Shown piece after piece: positions 53,919 through 64,000 of a DNA stretch of 64,000 bases. The DNA is from Octopus bimaculoides. Its lineage: Eukaryota. The notes beneath the pieces were generated by a model. The model was given only the letters and a program-made list of their open reading frames with translations, made no database searches and was not told the DNA's origin. The translations under genes were made by a program, and so were the position numbers. Location of the stretch: positions 82,157,949-82,221,948 of the forward strand of contig NC_068984.1 of assembly GCF_001194135.2 (NCBI RefSeq), written 5' to 3'. Numbering within the stretch: the stretch's first letter is position 1; each line of letters begins with the position of its first letter.

Positions 53919-54834
53919 TAGTTGATGAAGTGCATGTATATATATATATGCCTAGTTGATGAAGTGCATATATATATATATATATACCTAGTTCTGTAAA
54001 TCATGCATGTTATATATATATATATATATAACACGAAAGATTTACAGAACTAGGTCTTCTTCCTTTATACTTTAGAATTCATATGACAAAATTCTAAATT
54101 GAAGACAACAGGACTAGTCTTGTGGGAGTTATTTTAATAAAAGATTATATCCACTTTATGTACATTGAGTACTTCGGGTTAGATTGTATCTTCTCGTTTT
54201 CTTTGTTTTTAAGTGCGAACATATATATATATGTATACACACACAACATATGTATGTGAAAGTAACTGCTACGAAAGAATTAAAAAAACGAAACAAGAAT
54301 AAAAAAAAACTGAATAAATTAAAGCCGGTGAGAAGCCGATTTATATATATAAACACGAATACGGAAATAGTAAAAGGGAAGAGCTACTCTTAAAAATATA
54401 TAATGTCCCGACAGTAATGGAAAACTTAGATTACTGGAAGAGTTGAGCGAAACAAAAAATATATGAAGGTTCATTCGAAATTTGTTGAAATTACTAAATA
54501 GATTTGTGCTCAAAGAATTTATTATTTTTTTTCGTAAGTAGTTTAAAGAAGAAATGTTGTTCGTTCTTAATGCTTACATGAGGTACTTAACAGGCGTACG
54601 TCAAAAGATGCATATTTTATTGATTGTTAGAGTAATTATGAATACTTTCTTGAAAAAAAAAAAAACTTCGTTAAGTATAAGTAAGTATAATTGTTAGTGT
54701 GTACAATAAAGATAAACACCTTCAGCCAATATTAGACGGCGAGCATTAAAATTTGTTACAAAAACAACCATAAAAAGACTTATATTATACATAGTACACG
54801 TTTACAAAAACGACGTGCATCACTGAAATCACCA

Positions 54835-54868
<34 letters not shown>

Positions 54869-55152
54869 GACATATGAGGTATAGAATTTTGGAAATAGGT
54901 TCAAGAAATTATTCTAAATATGTAGTATCATGTCTGATAGTGTTAAACACGGGGCAGCCGCTTAGGAAAGTTCCAAAACTGTCAAACGAGGAACTGGCTA
55001 GAGGTTTTTTTTTATTTACCTTGCAAACCATCTGATAACACACTAATAAAGCTGGAAACAAGATACAAAATTGACAGGGAATAGGCGAACGCCACGGGTG
55101 AATGTGCCGAAGTTTCTATAGAAAAATCAGGACTTCCTAATAGCACCACCAT
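21563..55152 (-). CDS. Six-exon gene for a stand-alone CULT-domain (cereblon C-terminal/thalidomide-binding-like) protein with an N-terminal signal peptide or anchor, 183 aa
   Basis: Exons 55152-55020, 51375-51226, 36808-36753, 29067-28988, 24339-24251 and 21606-21563 splice in frame (133+150+56+80+89+44=552 nt) through GT..AG introns. Product: MVVLLGSPDFSIETSAHSPVAFAYSLSILYLVSSFISVLSDGLQASHLICRQCGHEVACIDDLVHIPSSLALRQRNDTIQSKDKTIVQLFQNPEGKYFEVITFSKAEVLKADKPHKEDTWFPGFSWSIVICPTCGVHMGWFFESFDSDYHTGEKKSFYGLILSHLVHQEYADSLIIAPKSYVS*. CULT motifs present: CxxC, NPxG, TWFPGFxW, CxxCGxHxGW, FYGL. No LON domain, so not canonical CRBN. Confidence 0.92.
24003..24216 (-). mobile_element. SINE family A copy ~35 bp from the donor of CULT exon 5
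   Basis: ttatcgaccctaaaaggatgaaagccaaagttgacc...gaatttgaactcagaac...ctgccatctcgcc. Confidence 0.8.
24251..24339 (-). CDS. CULT gene coding exon 5
   Basis: Acceptor ttgtgttttcag; 89 nt encoding (W)FFESFDSDYHTGEKKSFYGLILSHLVHQE; donor GAAT|GTGAGT; phase 2-1. Confidence 0.9.
25495..25660 (-). promoter_or_regulatory. Core-promoter-like layout (CCAAT, TATA, Inr) nested in CULT intron 4
   Basis: Minus strand: CCAAT 25597-25593, CTATAAATAG 25527-25518, TCAGTT initiator with A at 25499 about 27 nt downstream; a further CCAAT on plus at 25654-25658; CpG-rich surroundings. Activity is inferred only. Confidence 0.5.
25757..26306. repeat. Degenerate AT-rich tandem array (units like TTAATTAGTTGCTTGC)
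   Basis: Many variants of ttaattagtt(aatt)gcttgc; the first ~50 bp are in the inverted orientation. Confidence 0.9.
28988..29067 (-). CDS. CULT gene coding exon 4 (WFPG..W..CxxC..HMGW)
   Basis: Acceptor ctattctaacag; 80 nt encoding PHKEDTWFPGFSWSIVICPTCGVHMG(W); donor ATG|GTGAGT; phase 0-2. Confidence 0.93.
29837..30761 (+). mobile_element. Internally deleted mariner element (925 bp)
   Basis: ~30-bp TIRs (ttggatcatcacataaataatgcgg / ttgggtcatcccataaataatacag) with TA on both sides; HTH region (SISQCQRWFQKFQAG..SLEDKPHLGR) joined almost directly to FFHQDSAR..H and PPYSLNIAPSDY, so the first catalytic Asp region is missing. Confidence 0.92.
32642..34749 (-). mobile_element. Tigger/pogo DNA transposon (decayed) interrupted by an RTE-tail repeat
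   Basis: TIRs CAGGCATACCTC / CAGGCATACTTC with TA duplications; fragments FKASQGWFMRFK, EQIFNVDKIGLYWK, LQPLDQGIIA on the minus strand; (GAT)n-tailed insert at ~34403-34555. Confidence 0.9.
36753..36808 (-). CDS. CULT gene coding exon 3
   Basis: Acceptor ttttctgttaag; 56 nt encoding (G)KYFEVITFSKAEVLKADK; donor AAG|GTAAGT; phase 1-0. Confidence 0.9.
41582..41930. mobile_element. Mariner-type MITE with ~106-bp inverted arms, TA TSD
   Basis: tgatcaataagtatccagactg...gcactaa mirrored by ttagtgc...cagtctgaatacttattgatca; TA at 41580-81 and 41931-32; no ORF. Confidence 0.85.
41935..42757 (+). mobile_element. Internally deleted Tc1/mariner-superfamily element (possibly DD37D/maT-like), 823 bp
   Basis: 26-bp TIRs cagagtgcgaggggtatttgacgaca / cagggtgcgaggggtatttgaagaca with TA flanks; N-terminal HTH ORF (IIDENPRRSMRSIAKELQVSDWTIR) then a large deletion. 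Subfamily is a guess. Confidence 0.85.
43490..43940 (+). repeat. Dispersed repeat family C (..gggagatttggctgctatttctagcaggtcgagcgaccac..), two copies here
   Basis: The same motif recurs near 1-40, 6880-6930, 21160, 23200, 24415, 28720, 31640, 48780, 51880 and 62460 in both orientations; class not identified. Confidence 0.65.
43641..43782. mobile_element. piggyBac-like MITE, 142 bp
   Basis: ATAA|CCCTTTAGCA ... TGCTAAAGGG|TTAA; perfect 10-bp TIR. Confidence 0.65.
44185..45600 (+). mobile_element. RTE-clade LINE 3' half with 3' UTR and (GAT)n tail
   Basis: HQG.VLSPLLFII, ELLYADDLAL, VDNFCYLGD, RIRIGWKKFRELL; multiple stops; ends in ...cccatgccagcagggaaaactgacaccaaatgatgatgat. Confidence 0.88.
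45655..46612 (+). mobile_element. CR1/L2-like LINE 3' fragment
   Basis: LKYVDDVKLY, KCITMHLG, HISKIVKKA, LYMAMVQPHLEFAS, KHFFTLRVAEAWNKLP; short ATT-rich tail. Confidence 0.85.
48700..49460 (+). mobile_element. Highly decayed CR1/L2/Jockey-type LINE fragment
   Basis: Remnant TPELAAILTKIF...TGIYLDLWK...PVILTFCI resembles the RT N-terminal ELAPIL..LF...GIFPD.WK...RPISLT motif; boundaries approximate. Confidence 0.5.
51226..51375 (-). CDS. CULT gene coding exon 2 (first CxxC, NPEG)
   Basis: Acceptor ttttcttcttgtag; 150 nt encoding (A)SHLICRQCGHEVA...RNDT...LFQNPE; donor GAAG|GTAACA; phase 1-1. Confidence 0.93.
53826..54055. repeat. Three units of gatgaagtgcat-(TA)n-cctagtt followed by a 17-bp perfect inverted repeat around a (TA)n run
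   Basis: acctagttctgtaaatc (53986-54002) / gatttacagaactaggt (54039-54055). Confidence 0.9.
55020..55152 (-). CDS. CULT gene coding exon 1 (hydrophobic N-terminal segment)
   Basis: ATG in gcaagATGG context at 55152; encodes MVVLLG...VAFAYSLSILYLVSSFISVLSDGLQ; donor CAAG|GTAAAT at 55020/55019, phase 1, matching exon 2. An in-frame upstream ATG at 55215 is an alternative start. Confidence 0.8.
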
Positions 55153-57864
55153 CTTGCCATATGCTATTTTCCCTGGAATGTTTATGAGTAACTGGCACTC
55201 TCCGATTCGTTTCACTTCTCGACCACCATATATATTTTGTTTTCACAGAGGAAATAGGCTTCTTGTAGGATGTATGCTTTTACGGTGCTTTTCAGGCACC
55301 TTAAGCTTACTCACCGATCACACATGCGTACTCTTTAATTACTCCATCCATTCACAAACACTCACTCACTCTCTCTGTGTTTTGATGAACGCGTTTCGCT
55401 TTAAAGATAAATTACATTTTCTATCTTTTTGGCATAATATTTAAAGTAGGAGGGCTGCCTTCTAGTTTTCTTCTTTGACACGTGAATACTTCGTAATTCC
55501 TCTCCCATTCTTACCCCGTACCGGACACTCTCCCTTGCATTATGTTACTCACACCACAACTATTTTAACTTCTCGGTTAGAATTATAAGCAGAATGAAGT
55601 TGATTTCTCTATCTCCCTCCATACATCATATTCCGGGGCAGAGAGAGAGAGTGTTGTGTGGAGAGTTATCAGTAAATATCTGTACACTCGACTGTAATAA
55701 ACAAGCTGGCTGTTCCAGTAATTGTCCCAGATAATGCTACTGTTATTGCTGAAGGTCACTTTCCCAATCTAAACAATAATAATAATAATTTAATTATTTG
55801 AGACTCATATATTTTTTATAAGAGTTAATAAATTATGATACTAACTCAATCGTTTTACGATATGAATATTTTTTGCCGAACTTCATGAGTTACGCAATTT
55901 CCAATAAAACCGGCAACCTGTATGCAAGCGTATTTACCATACACATCATTAATCGAAAACAAATATTTTTATCTTTTATTTTCATGCAGAGTAAGTTGAT
56001 ATAAATTGATTTGCTGAATTTAGATAGGAATTTGGCATGTAAATATATGTTGTAAGCATTTTTGCGCTTTCTAAAATACTGCTTGGAGCATCAGAAAGCC
56101 GAGTTGGAAAAAAAGTGTCAGGGAGTAAGTAAAGACGATAGATCCACCAAAAACATAGCAATTAGTCAACAGCTACAGTTTGTTTACTGAGCAAGAGATA
56201 TAGAAAAAAAGCCGGTTGAATTTACTGATTAATTCAGACTATTATTTAATACAAAACCTTTGATTTACATTAACTGAAACCCCAAAATATGAGTTAATTA
56301 AAGCAAAAAATAAGAGTTTGTCGAATTGATATTTAAAATATTTTGAAAGCGACTGGAGTAAAAATATGTTATATTTATGCTTGCATCACCAAGTCCACCG
56401 GATGATAACTTTGGCAATAACATAGCAGTCGTAAAGACTGTTGAGGCGTCATTTCTAGCCCTCAATTGCACTGACCCCATATTTTACCAATGAGAAACAA
56501 GATAATGTTTATTGATGTTCAATGATTTATGCATGGTTAAAAGATCCCAACAAAACAACAAATCATACGTTGTAACTCACCGATAAACAAAAATAGTAAA
56601 TAGAAATGTAACGCAACCCCATTTACTCAGATATAATGCTCGGAGAATTGGAAAATATTCAGAATTGACAGTAAGTTCAATAACAATCGATGAATATACA
56701 CAATTTTTTTTTTCAAGCTTATTTTAATTGCTCCACATTTTAACGAGGACTTAACCAGTTCGACTTGGAATATATTTTTTCATTCACACTGGATATTCAA
56801 TAAATCGTACGTCTTGTAATCATTAAGCTTTGAGATTATTTATCTGGTATATACATTTCTAAATACGGTACTGTTCTCTTTTACACTGCTGACATTGAGT
56901 TTGTTATTGTACACCTATCAACGCAACAGTGCCGTTATTATTAAAACAAACATTTAATTTTAAGTTTTTACACACATCGCTTCGCTAAATATATTTCATA
57001 TATATCGGATCCTAACTTGTAGCTTAAAAAAAAACAACTAATTTTATTTTGATGATTATTATCATTTATTATTTTTATAATAACAGTATTTCTTGCTAAG
57101 GGTATTGTTTTGATCCTATTTTTAATTCGGGTGTTACAAACTGCAATTGTTTGTTCCTCCCTAAATCACTAGAAATCCGTAAGTTCTCTTTGCCGGTTAT
57201 TTCTCTATACCTACAACCAACACCAACAACAATAATACAAAGTTGGTACTATTTCTAAACACCGGGATTGTCATTAATAAATCACACTTGTTAACTGTCG
57301 ATGTATACGTGTGTGTGTGTGTTCTAGTGACAAGCAGCTCTTATTTGGCCACCATCGACATCTAGGTCAACCTACAACACCACCTCTAATATTAAATCAC
57401 TCATTTATTTTTATCTTTCTGTCTCAATTTACAAATCGTTCAGCCTTTAGTTCAGACATTAGTTTCTCTCACAGAGTTCATCTATCTATCATTTTCTTCA
57501 TGGTATTTAGTCTGATTTGGATTCGGTTTGTTTTGGATATTTTCACAACAAACACCGTTCCTTGATCGCCGACCAAGGTAGCGATTTTCCTCCATTACAG
57601 AAAAATCTTTACTGTATACAAACATAGCCCGGTACAATATTGCCGTAAGTTACAATTACAGTTCAATATTGACTACTAACTCCCATGAAAAAAGAAAAGA
57701 GGTCCCCCCCTCCCCGGTAATTTTATAGGGGCACAAATAAACAGACAAAACCTTTACAAATAAAGTAAACGTGTATATATATATGTAAACAGAGCGATAT
57801 ATATATATATAGTAATATACGTGTAGCCGTATATATGTGATGAGATGCCGGCTTGGTGACCCCG

Positions 57865-57980
57865 ATAGCGACCAATGACGTCAGTGTTGACTGAGAAACT
57901 GACCAATAACAATGCAAGGAGTGCACTCATCAACGAATCGTTTAGCAGTATTTTGAGCACGTGGCTTTGTTGGGGTAAGT
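57865..57980 (+). promoter_or_regulatory. Putative promoter and non-coding first exon of the ZNF704-like gene
   Basis: CCAAT at 57872-57876 overlapping a perfect CRE TGACGTCA at 57876-57883; second CCAAT at 57903-57907; consensus donor GG|GTAAGT at 57974/57975 that could splice to the acceptor at 59176. Confidence 0.55.
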
Positions 57981-59312
57981 GGAGCTCCACCCACCACTCT
58001 TAGAACCAAAACAAACCGGTGAACCTTCAACTACAGGGAGAAAACCTAACATGTTTATAATTGTCTAAGACTACTGGACCACCGCAAGAAAAAAAAAATC
58101 TAACTCAAAACAGATTCTGGATTTAACCTTCAAGCAAATAATTTATATTGTTGGTGGGGTATTTGTTGTTGCTATTGATGTTGACTTTTTCTTAATCGTT
58201 CTGCTGCTTACGGTCACTGCTGGCCATCGTACTTTCGTCATTGCTATCAAAAGCCTTCTTAAAAATGACATTTGTCTTTATGCTTTGGTCTTAATTCAAA
58301 TTGTTTTTATTATTACCACTACTTCCACTCTTAAAAATTATGTCGATATACATTCATGAAAGTAGGTACTAATTTTCACATAATTAATTCTTTACATTTT
58401 GTTGTGTTTGTTTATATCAGTATTGATTGATTGATCGATTGAGAGTGAACTCCACCTCGGAATACGTGACACACACAACTTTGCCAAACCAAACTATACG
58501 AGTATTGTTTTGCTGATTCGAAACATCAAATTGCTTATTTTACCTAATTAATATTGGCAATCCGAAACATCATTTTTTTTTCTCTCTGTATCCTGACACC
58601 ATTCTCCAACTACTACTAAAATCTGTTATTTAGTTCCCGGTTTTCTTTCTTATTTCTTTTTGCTATTGCTCTCGCGTCATATTGCTTCTCCCAATGACAA
58701 CAACACGTCACGAGCTGGAGAAGACATGAAACTGTCTACTTAAAAGCCGACAATTACACAATTCTATAAATAGGGGCATCAAAAAGAGGACTGTATACGC
58801 TCACCGCTCCTCTCTTTCTCCACTGCTTTTTCTCCAACTAAATAGGCTTACAAATGTAGTTGATAAACTAAACTTAGGCTTTCTCTACCTGAAGCCTATG
58901 CACAGGAGCAAATAGGCCCAAAATAACATACAGAAGTATTTCCCCGTTATAAACAACCGGCAGGTTCTTTCACTTGCTAATCTTTTTTTTTTCCGGTACT
59001 AAAATGAAATCAACACGTTTATGGCAGTTGATTCAATAAACATCAAAATTAAAAGAATCTCTTAATATATTTTTAACTCAAGGAGTATGCTACAAACTTA
59101 AGAAAAGTTTATCTGTCAAATCAAGAAACTGTTGTTCCTTTGAAATTGATCTCTGTATTCTATTTTTGTTGTGCAGATATGAGTTCCCTCTGTAAATTTT
59201 TTTGCTAAATTGCTTTCCACAATACTTGTTTTGAAAAATTGCTCATTCTTATATAAATACGACTATCGAAATTGTTTAAAGTAAAAATAGAAAAAAATAC
59301 AGAATATAAATC

Positions 59313-59917
59313 ATGTTTGGAAACAGACGTTTGGCGAAACGGTCGATTGTCGGCACCAAAATTAGTGCTGCTTGTCAAGATGGCCGGTTCTACACTGGGG
59401 TCATTCAGGCCGTTCGCTCGTCGCCTGATGTGGGAGAAGTAAATGACACCACTAGAATGAACTCCGACTACAATAACATCAACAACCAACCAACTGCAAA
59501 CCGGTCGTCAGTGACACTCGGCACGTCGCCGGCTTCTTCATACTGTGTCAAATTCGAAAACGGACTTATTCAGGAAGTGGACTCGAAGAACATAATCGGA
59601 CCTGGCTTCCAAGCCATGTCCTCCGTACATTTACTTGAAGGACAAAAAGTATATGTGACTCTAAATGGAAGAGAAGTAACTGGACTTGTACAGAAACACG
59701 AACAACTCAATAACGAAGTGACAATTTGGGTGAGAGCAGCCAACAGTAACGACGTGTTGGAAATATCCAAGAAATTGGACGACGTCCGCTTGTTGGAGAG
59801 CAGGAAATCTGCTCGACTTGTTGACCAAGATCAGGACTATTCAAAACTGGCAGATTTCCAACCTGAAATCAAGAAAAGAGCCGTTTCTCTTAATATAGAA
59901 GTTCCATTAAAACACTC
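59313..59917 (+). CDS. ZNF704: First coding exon of a ZNF704/ZNF395/SLC2A4RG (Glut4EF)-like zinc-finger protein; gene continues past the window
   Basis: 202-aa ORF beginning MFGNRRLAKRSIVGTKISAACQDGRFYTGVIQAV, the N-terminal motif I recall from invertebrate ZNF704/395 (DUF4772-type) proteins. Acceptor ttttgttgtgcag at 59176, donor CTC|GTAAGT at 59917/59918 (phase 2). Symbol is a family-level recall, not confirmed orthology; the zinc finger is not in this window. Confidence 0.8.
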
Positions 59918-61539
59918 GTAAGTTTTATCTTTCTCTTTACATCGTTTCATATTGCTTGCCCTGTTGCTATTATTAGTTTGACTGTGAGGACGGAGGAGTG
60001 GGAGAATCGGTAGTGTCGAACAAAATTCCTTACGGTATTTCGTAGTGTCCCTTTAAATTTCCAGTTCAAATGCTGCCCAGATCGCTCTAGCTTTTCCTTT
60101 TTCTATACGTCTTATGCAATTCATAGCCTTTTGCTTATATTAAAAATCAATATCTATTTGATCATAAATAATAATTATGTTCGGTCCCTCAGGACTGACT
60201 TTTCCGGTTCATTTGTGACATTCCTGGTAATGCCTTAAATTTCAGTGTTATAACTGCAGTCAGGTCTCATGACACACACAAAGATATGTAGTTAACTGAA
60301 TAACCCACTAATTATATCTAATAATTGTGTGTGTATACAAACACACACACAGATATGTATATGACTGGACATAAAACAGTTATGTACAGTGAATAATTGT
60401 ATTTTGTATCTATAATACTTGCTGCGTGTTATGCATAAAAAATGTATATTGTGTTTGTTTATACAAACGTCTCCACCGCATTTCGTACACACACATACGC
60501 GCGCGCGCAATTATGTGTTTATGTATTTAATAAAATCAATAGAAACCAACTTGTCAAAGCAACTGCGGTACTCTAACGGAGAACTATTAAATGACAGTTT
60601 GATTTGCCAATATCTTCCTTCTGAATTGTCATTTGAGAAGGTTCATACTTTCATTACTGCTCTCCTTATTTATTGAAATAGCTTTGACAACCTATATTTA
60701 TCGACAGAACAGTATTATTGTATGCGGCAATAACGTATTAGCTAAGTGTCCATGACCCGGTTTCGATTCCTATTTGGAACTGATTCACTTCACTTGTATC
60801 GTTAATGCTCGTGGAGATGTTACTGGCATCTTAACTTACTACGTTCCTTTTCTTTAAAAATATTCAAGATTCCATGTTTTGTGCATACAAAATTGATATT
60901 TTGCTTTTTTCTTTTTTTTTTTTCGTTTATTGGTGTTTTTATGTAAATATGTGCGCGAAGTCAGCAGGCTTGTATATATTTCATACTGTAATTTATGATT
61001 TTATTTTCATTTGAACGTATACATCTATCTTACCATTTCAAAACACACACACGCACACACACTCTCTCTCTCTCCAACAAATTCCCATTAAATTATGCGG
61101 TGAAAAAGAGGACATTCTTGTATTGACAAATAAGTTTATCCTTTATATGTATACTGAGGACTACTGTTAATTCACCAGGATCCCGGGAGGCGATAATTTC
61201 TGCAGCCTTTATAAAGGCACACGAGCGATGGGATTGCAGTGGCAACACACACTTCCTAACAAGGTTTTATGGAAAGAAGATCTTCTTTAAATGATTTTTC
61301 CTTTTAGTTTAAGTCGTCGTTAAAACATTGCGAGTGGACTCCACTGAAGCCTAACCAATAGTAGACTTTTAGCATCAACTAACGCAAAATTTCAAAGAGC
61401 AGCGCAAGTTATTTCTTGTGGAGTTCATTGACTTTACAAAATGCTTTTGACAGTCACTGTCGCATACTCGTGCAACGTTCCTTAAAAGTTTCTACGCATC
61501 TTCAGAAGTCCTTCATGTTATTTAAATGTAAGCATTAGT

Positions 61540-61990
61540 GATCTCATGGATCCAGGTCGATGGTCTTTGCAATTTGTTATTTGGGTTAAGCAAGGTTACA
61601 TTCTGGCTCCCAGCCTGTTTGATATAGTTCTCTGCACCTCATTTCGCGTGTTGCTCCACATCTGTAGCGGGGGAAGAATATTTTACTCTCTCTTATCTCC
61701 GCTCACGAAATTTGACTGCAGTATAAGTGATGCAATCCAAGGAAAAACTTTAAGCATTGTTAAACGTTTTTCCTTTTTTTCTTCACTCCGCCTTTACAAA
61801 GCTTGTATAAACCCTTCATTTCAGATTGGAATGTATGTACCTTACCTAATATCTTAACGCAACAAATACCGTAATTGTTGTCAACAGTTCTTAACTTTGG
61901 ACAACTATCATTGAAGCAGTACTTCTGAATGCAGAGCTCCATGTATGCATACAAAGCAAGTTAGCTACTACCTTCATTCAAAGAATAATT
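61540..61990 (+). mobile_element. Decayed RTE-like LINE RT fragment in the ZNF704-like intron
   Basis: VKQGYILAPSLFDI matches the RTE GVKQGCVLAPTLF motif; downstream RLYKACI; boundaries approximate. Confidence 0.5.
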
Positions 61991-64000
61991 AAAACCTGTT
62001 CATCAGAGCAAGTTTATTGTGGGCTTTGTTTTTCGTTGAAATATCCTGTATGATGTTGGGGCCTTATATTTATATCGTAATCTGGAACACTAGCTTAATA
62101 TATTCCACTTTCTCATCGCGACCGAACTTCTTGTTTTGCAGTTGTTAAAGATTTGTGAACTTTTACTCAGTACTCGTTGTCCATCTGACTTGGGGTGAAA
62201 CTAATGAGAGGCTGCAACTAGAGTGAAACGTCAATCTGTTAGAAACAATATGAAATATGGTACCCTTATTCGAGTTTAAGACCGTCAATTTTATTTTTCG
62301 GTCAAGACTGAATAGCCTGCATGAGTTGTTACTTTTTAGCCGTATGTCAAACCTTGGTTGAGTAGACCTATGATAAAAAGCATTCCAGCCATGATCATTT
62401 GCTTTCTTTTTTCTTTTAGGTAGGAGCTAATATAAGACTAGTCTATTTAATGTGTATTATCTAAAGGAGATTTGGCTGCTAGTTATATCAGGTCGAGCAA
62501 TCGCGGAGAGACTCGCTCATCGGCTCGATATAAATAAGAGAAATTGCAGTAGGAGGGGAAGAAGAAACGATTTCAACCGGGACTTGAATCTAAGTTGTGG
62601 ACTCAATTTGCCAAAAATTAATCACCATGTTATGTTGTCCTCTCTTTCTCCCACAAACATTCTCTCTTGGTTTGGTAGGATACATACACACACACAGAGG
62701 CTTCTTTCAGTTTTCACCTATGAAGTCCCTAACAACGATTTGGCCGGCCGGAGAGTATAGTAAAAGACACATGCCCAAGATGCCACCCATAAGAGAGGGG
62801 GGGGGGAGATAAAAAGCCTATTCGTGTCATTAGAAAATTGTATGCTTCCTTCCGGCCCAAACTCAACCAGATTGTTATCAGGATAATCACCATTTGAGAT
62901 TGTATGATATAGAGGTAACGTAATGAGCCATGGTGAGGTACGCAACAGACCCTTGTGCCGTTTACTTTCTCATAATCCACGAAGGAAAAGCCCAGTGATT
63001 GCTACTCTACATATTCAGCTACTGCGCCTCATTATTAATATATATTTAGCTCTACCTGTAAACATTCAACCTTGATAAATTAGTGTTTGTTTACAAAGTG
63101 ATGTGTTTGTGTGAGAAAGTGTCCTACTTCAGCGGCTGCCGGCAAGTTATCGGCGAATAATGTTCGCAATTCCGTATCGATTCACTGTCAAAACACACTT
63201 TCACTGTCAAAACTTTTTGCTTAATGTCTTTAGGAAAGATATGAATGAAACACCTCTTTATAAAGGTATCACATTAGATTTTATGCTTCATAGTTTAAAA
63301 ATAAAATATGTCTATATGAAAAAGAGAGAAAGAGGGGGTAAAGCAGAGAGTTGTTATTGTTTAACTCCATGTTAAACTTTATTACGTAGACTTCTGATCA
63401 AAGACATTTCAGTCATGAGCTTTCCGTCTTTTAACGGATATATACAGGGCTACATTATCAAGTGGGTCCTTCCTCTTCTTTTAAGAAAATGGTACGTTTT
63501 GGGTTGAGAGAGGTTTAGTTCTTATTTCTAGCGAACCGAGTGACTGTAGAGGTTTACTTGTGTGTTTGTAAAGAAACGTGATTGCATTAGCGCTTGTTGC
63601 TTTGATTGTTTTTTGGGGCGTTAAAGAGGCTTTCAAATGACAGTCTAACTGTCAGTGATTCTTAATAGTTTTTCAATTTATGTAACCGGGTAGGTAATAG
63701 GAGAAAATAAAAAAAAATACAGCCATTCGGCGAGGTTTGAACACAGAACAGTGAAATTAAGTTAGATCAGTTGGTGGAAGTGATCGATATCTCTCACTTA
63801 TAGATTCATATTCGGACAGGAAAAATAGTTTTCCACTTTCAAAAGGTAAAGGAGGGCTTACAAGGAATTAGCAGACGGTATTTTAAGAATGTGACACAAA
63901 AGTGTTCAAACCTGAACTTCAGTGATGGAAGTGTTAATAGCGAGAATTCATGAAAGGCAAGACTATAGGTTTTTGTTGAGAAAGACAAGTAATTTGATCC

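Noticed and set aside
1-64000. CRISPR array, rRNA or prokaryotic operon-like systems
   Set aside because: No regularly spaced repeat-spacer pattern or rRNA motifs; the sequence is intron-rich eukaryotic DNA.

Overview
AT-rich, microsatellite-dense animal genomic DNA, most likely an octopus (inferred from the SINE families and repeat landscape; not database-checked). It is a draft assembly with four N gaps. Two host genes were found. (1) On the minus strand, a complete six-exon gene (coding span 55152->21563, all introns GT..AG, phases consistent, 552 nt, 183 aa) reconstructed by hand. It encodes a stand-alone CULT (cereblon thalidomide-binding-like) domain behind an N-terminal hydrophobic segment, with both CxxC zinc pairs and the tri-Trp cage intact. 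(2) Head-to-head on the plus strand, the start of a ZNF704/ZNF395/Glut4EF-like gene (first coding exon 59313-59917), which continues beyond the window. The rest is decayed mobile DNA: R4/Dong-like, Tx1-like, RTE and CR1/L2-like LINE fragments; tRNA-derived SINEs; mariner, Tc1-like and two Tigger/pogo elements, one carrying a nested MITE and a Tc1-like element; hAT and piggyBac-like MITEs with clear TSDs. Unexplained structures worth follow-up: a CpG-rich island with a CCAAT-TATA-Inr promoter layout and a TAATTA array inside intron 4 of the CULT gene, a ~306-bp near-perfect foldback at 10.8-11.1 kb, a perfect 88-bp direct repeat, and a CpG-depleted domain matching the CULT gene body. No CRISPR, rRNA or true tRNA genes were seen.
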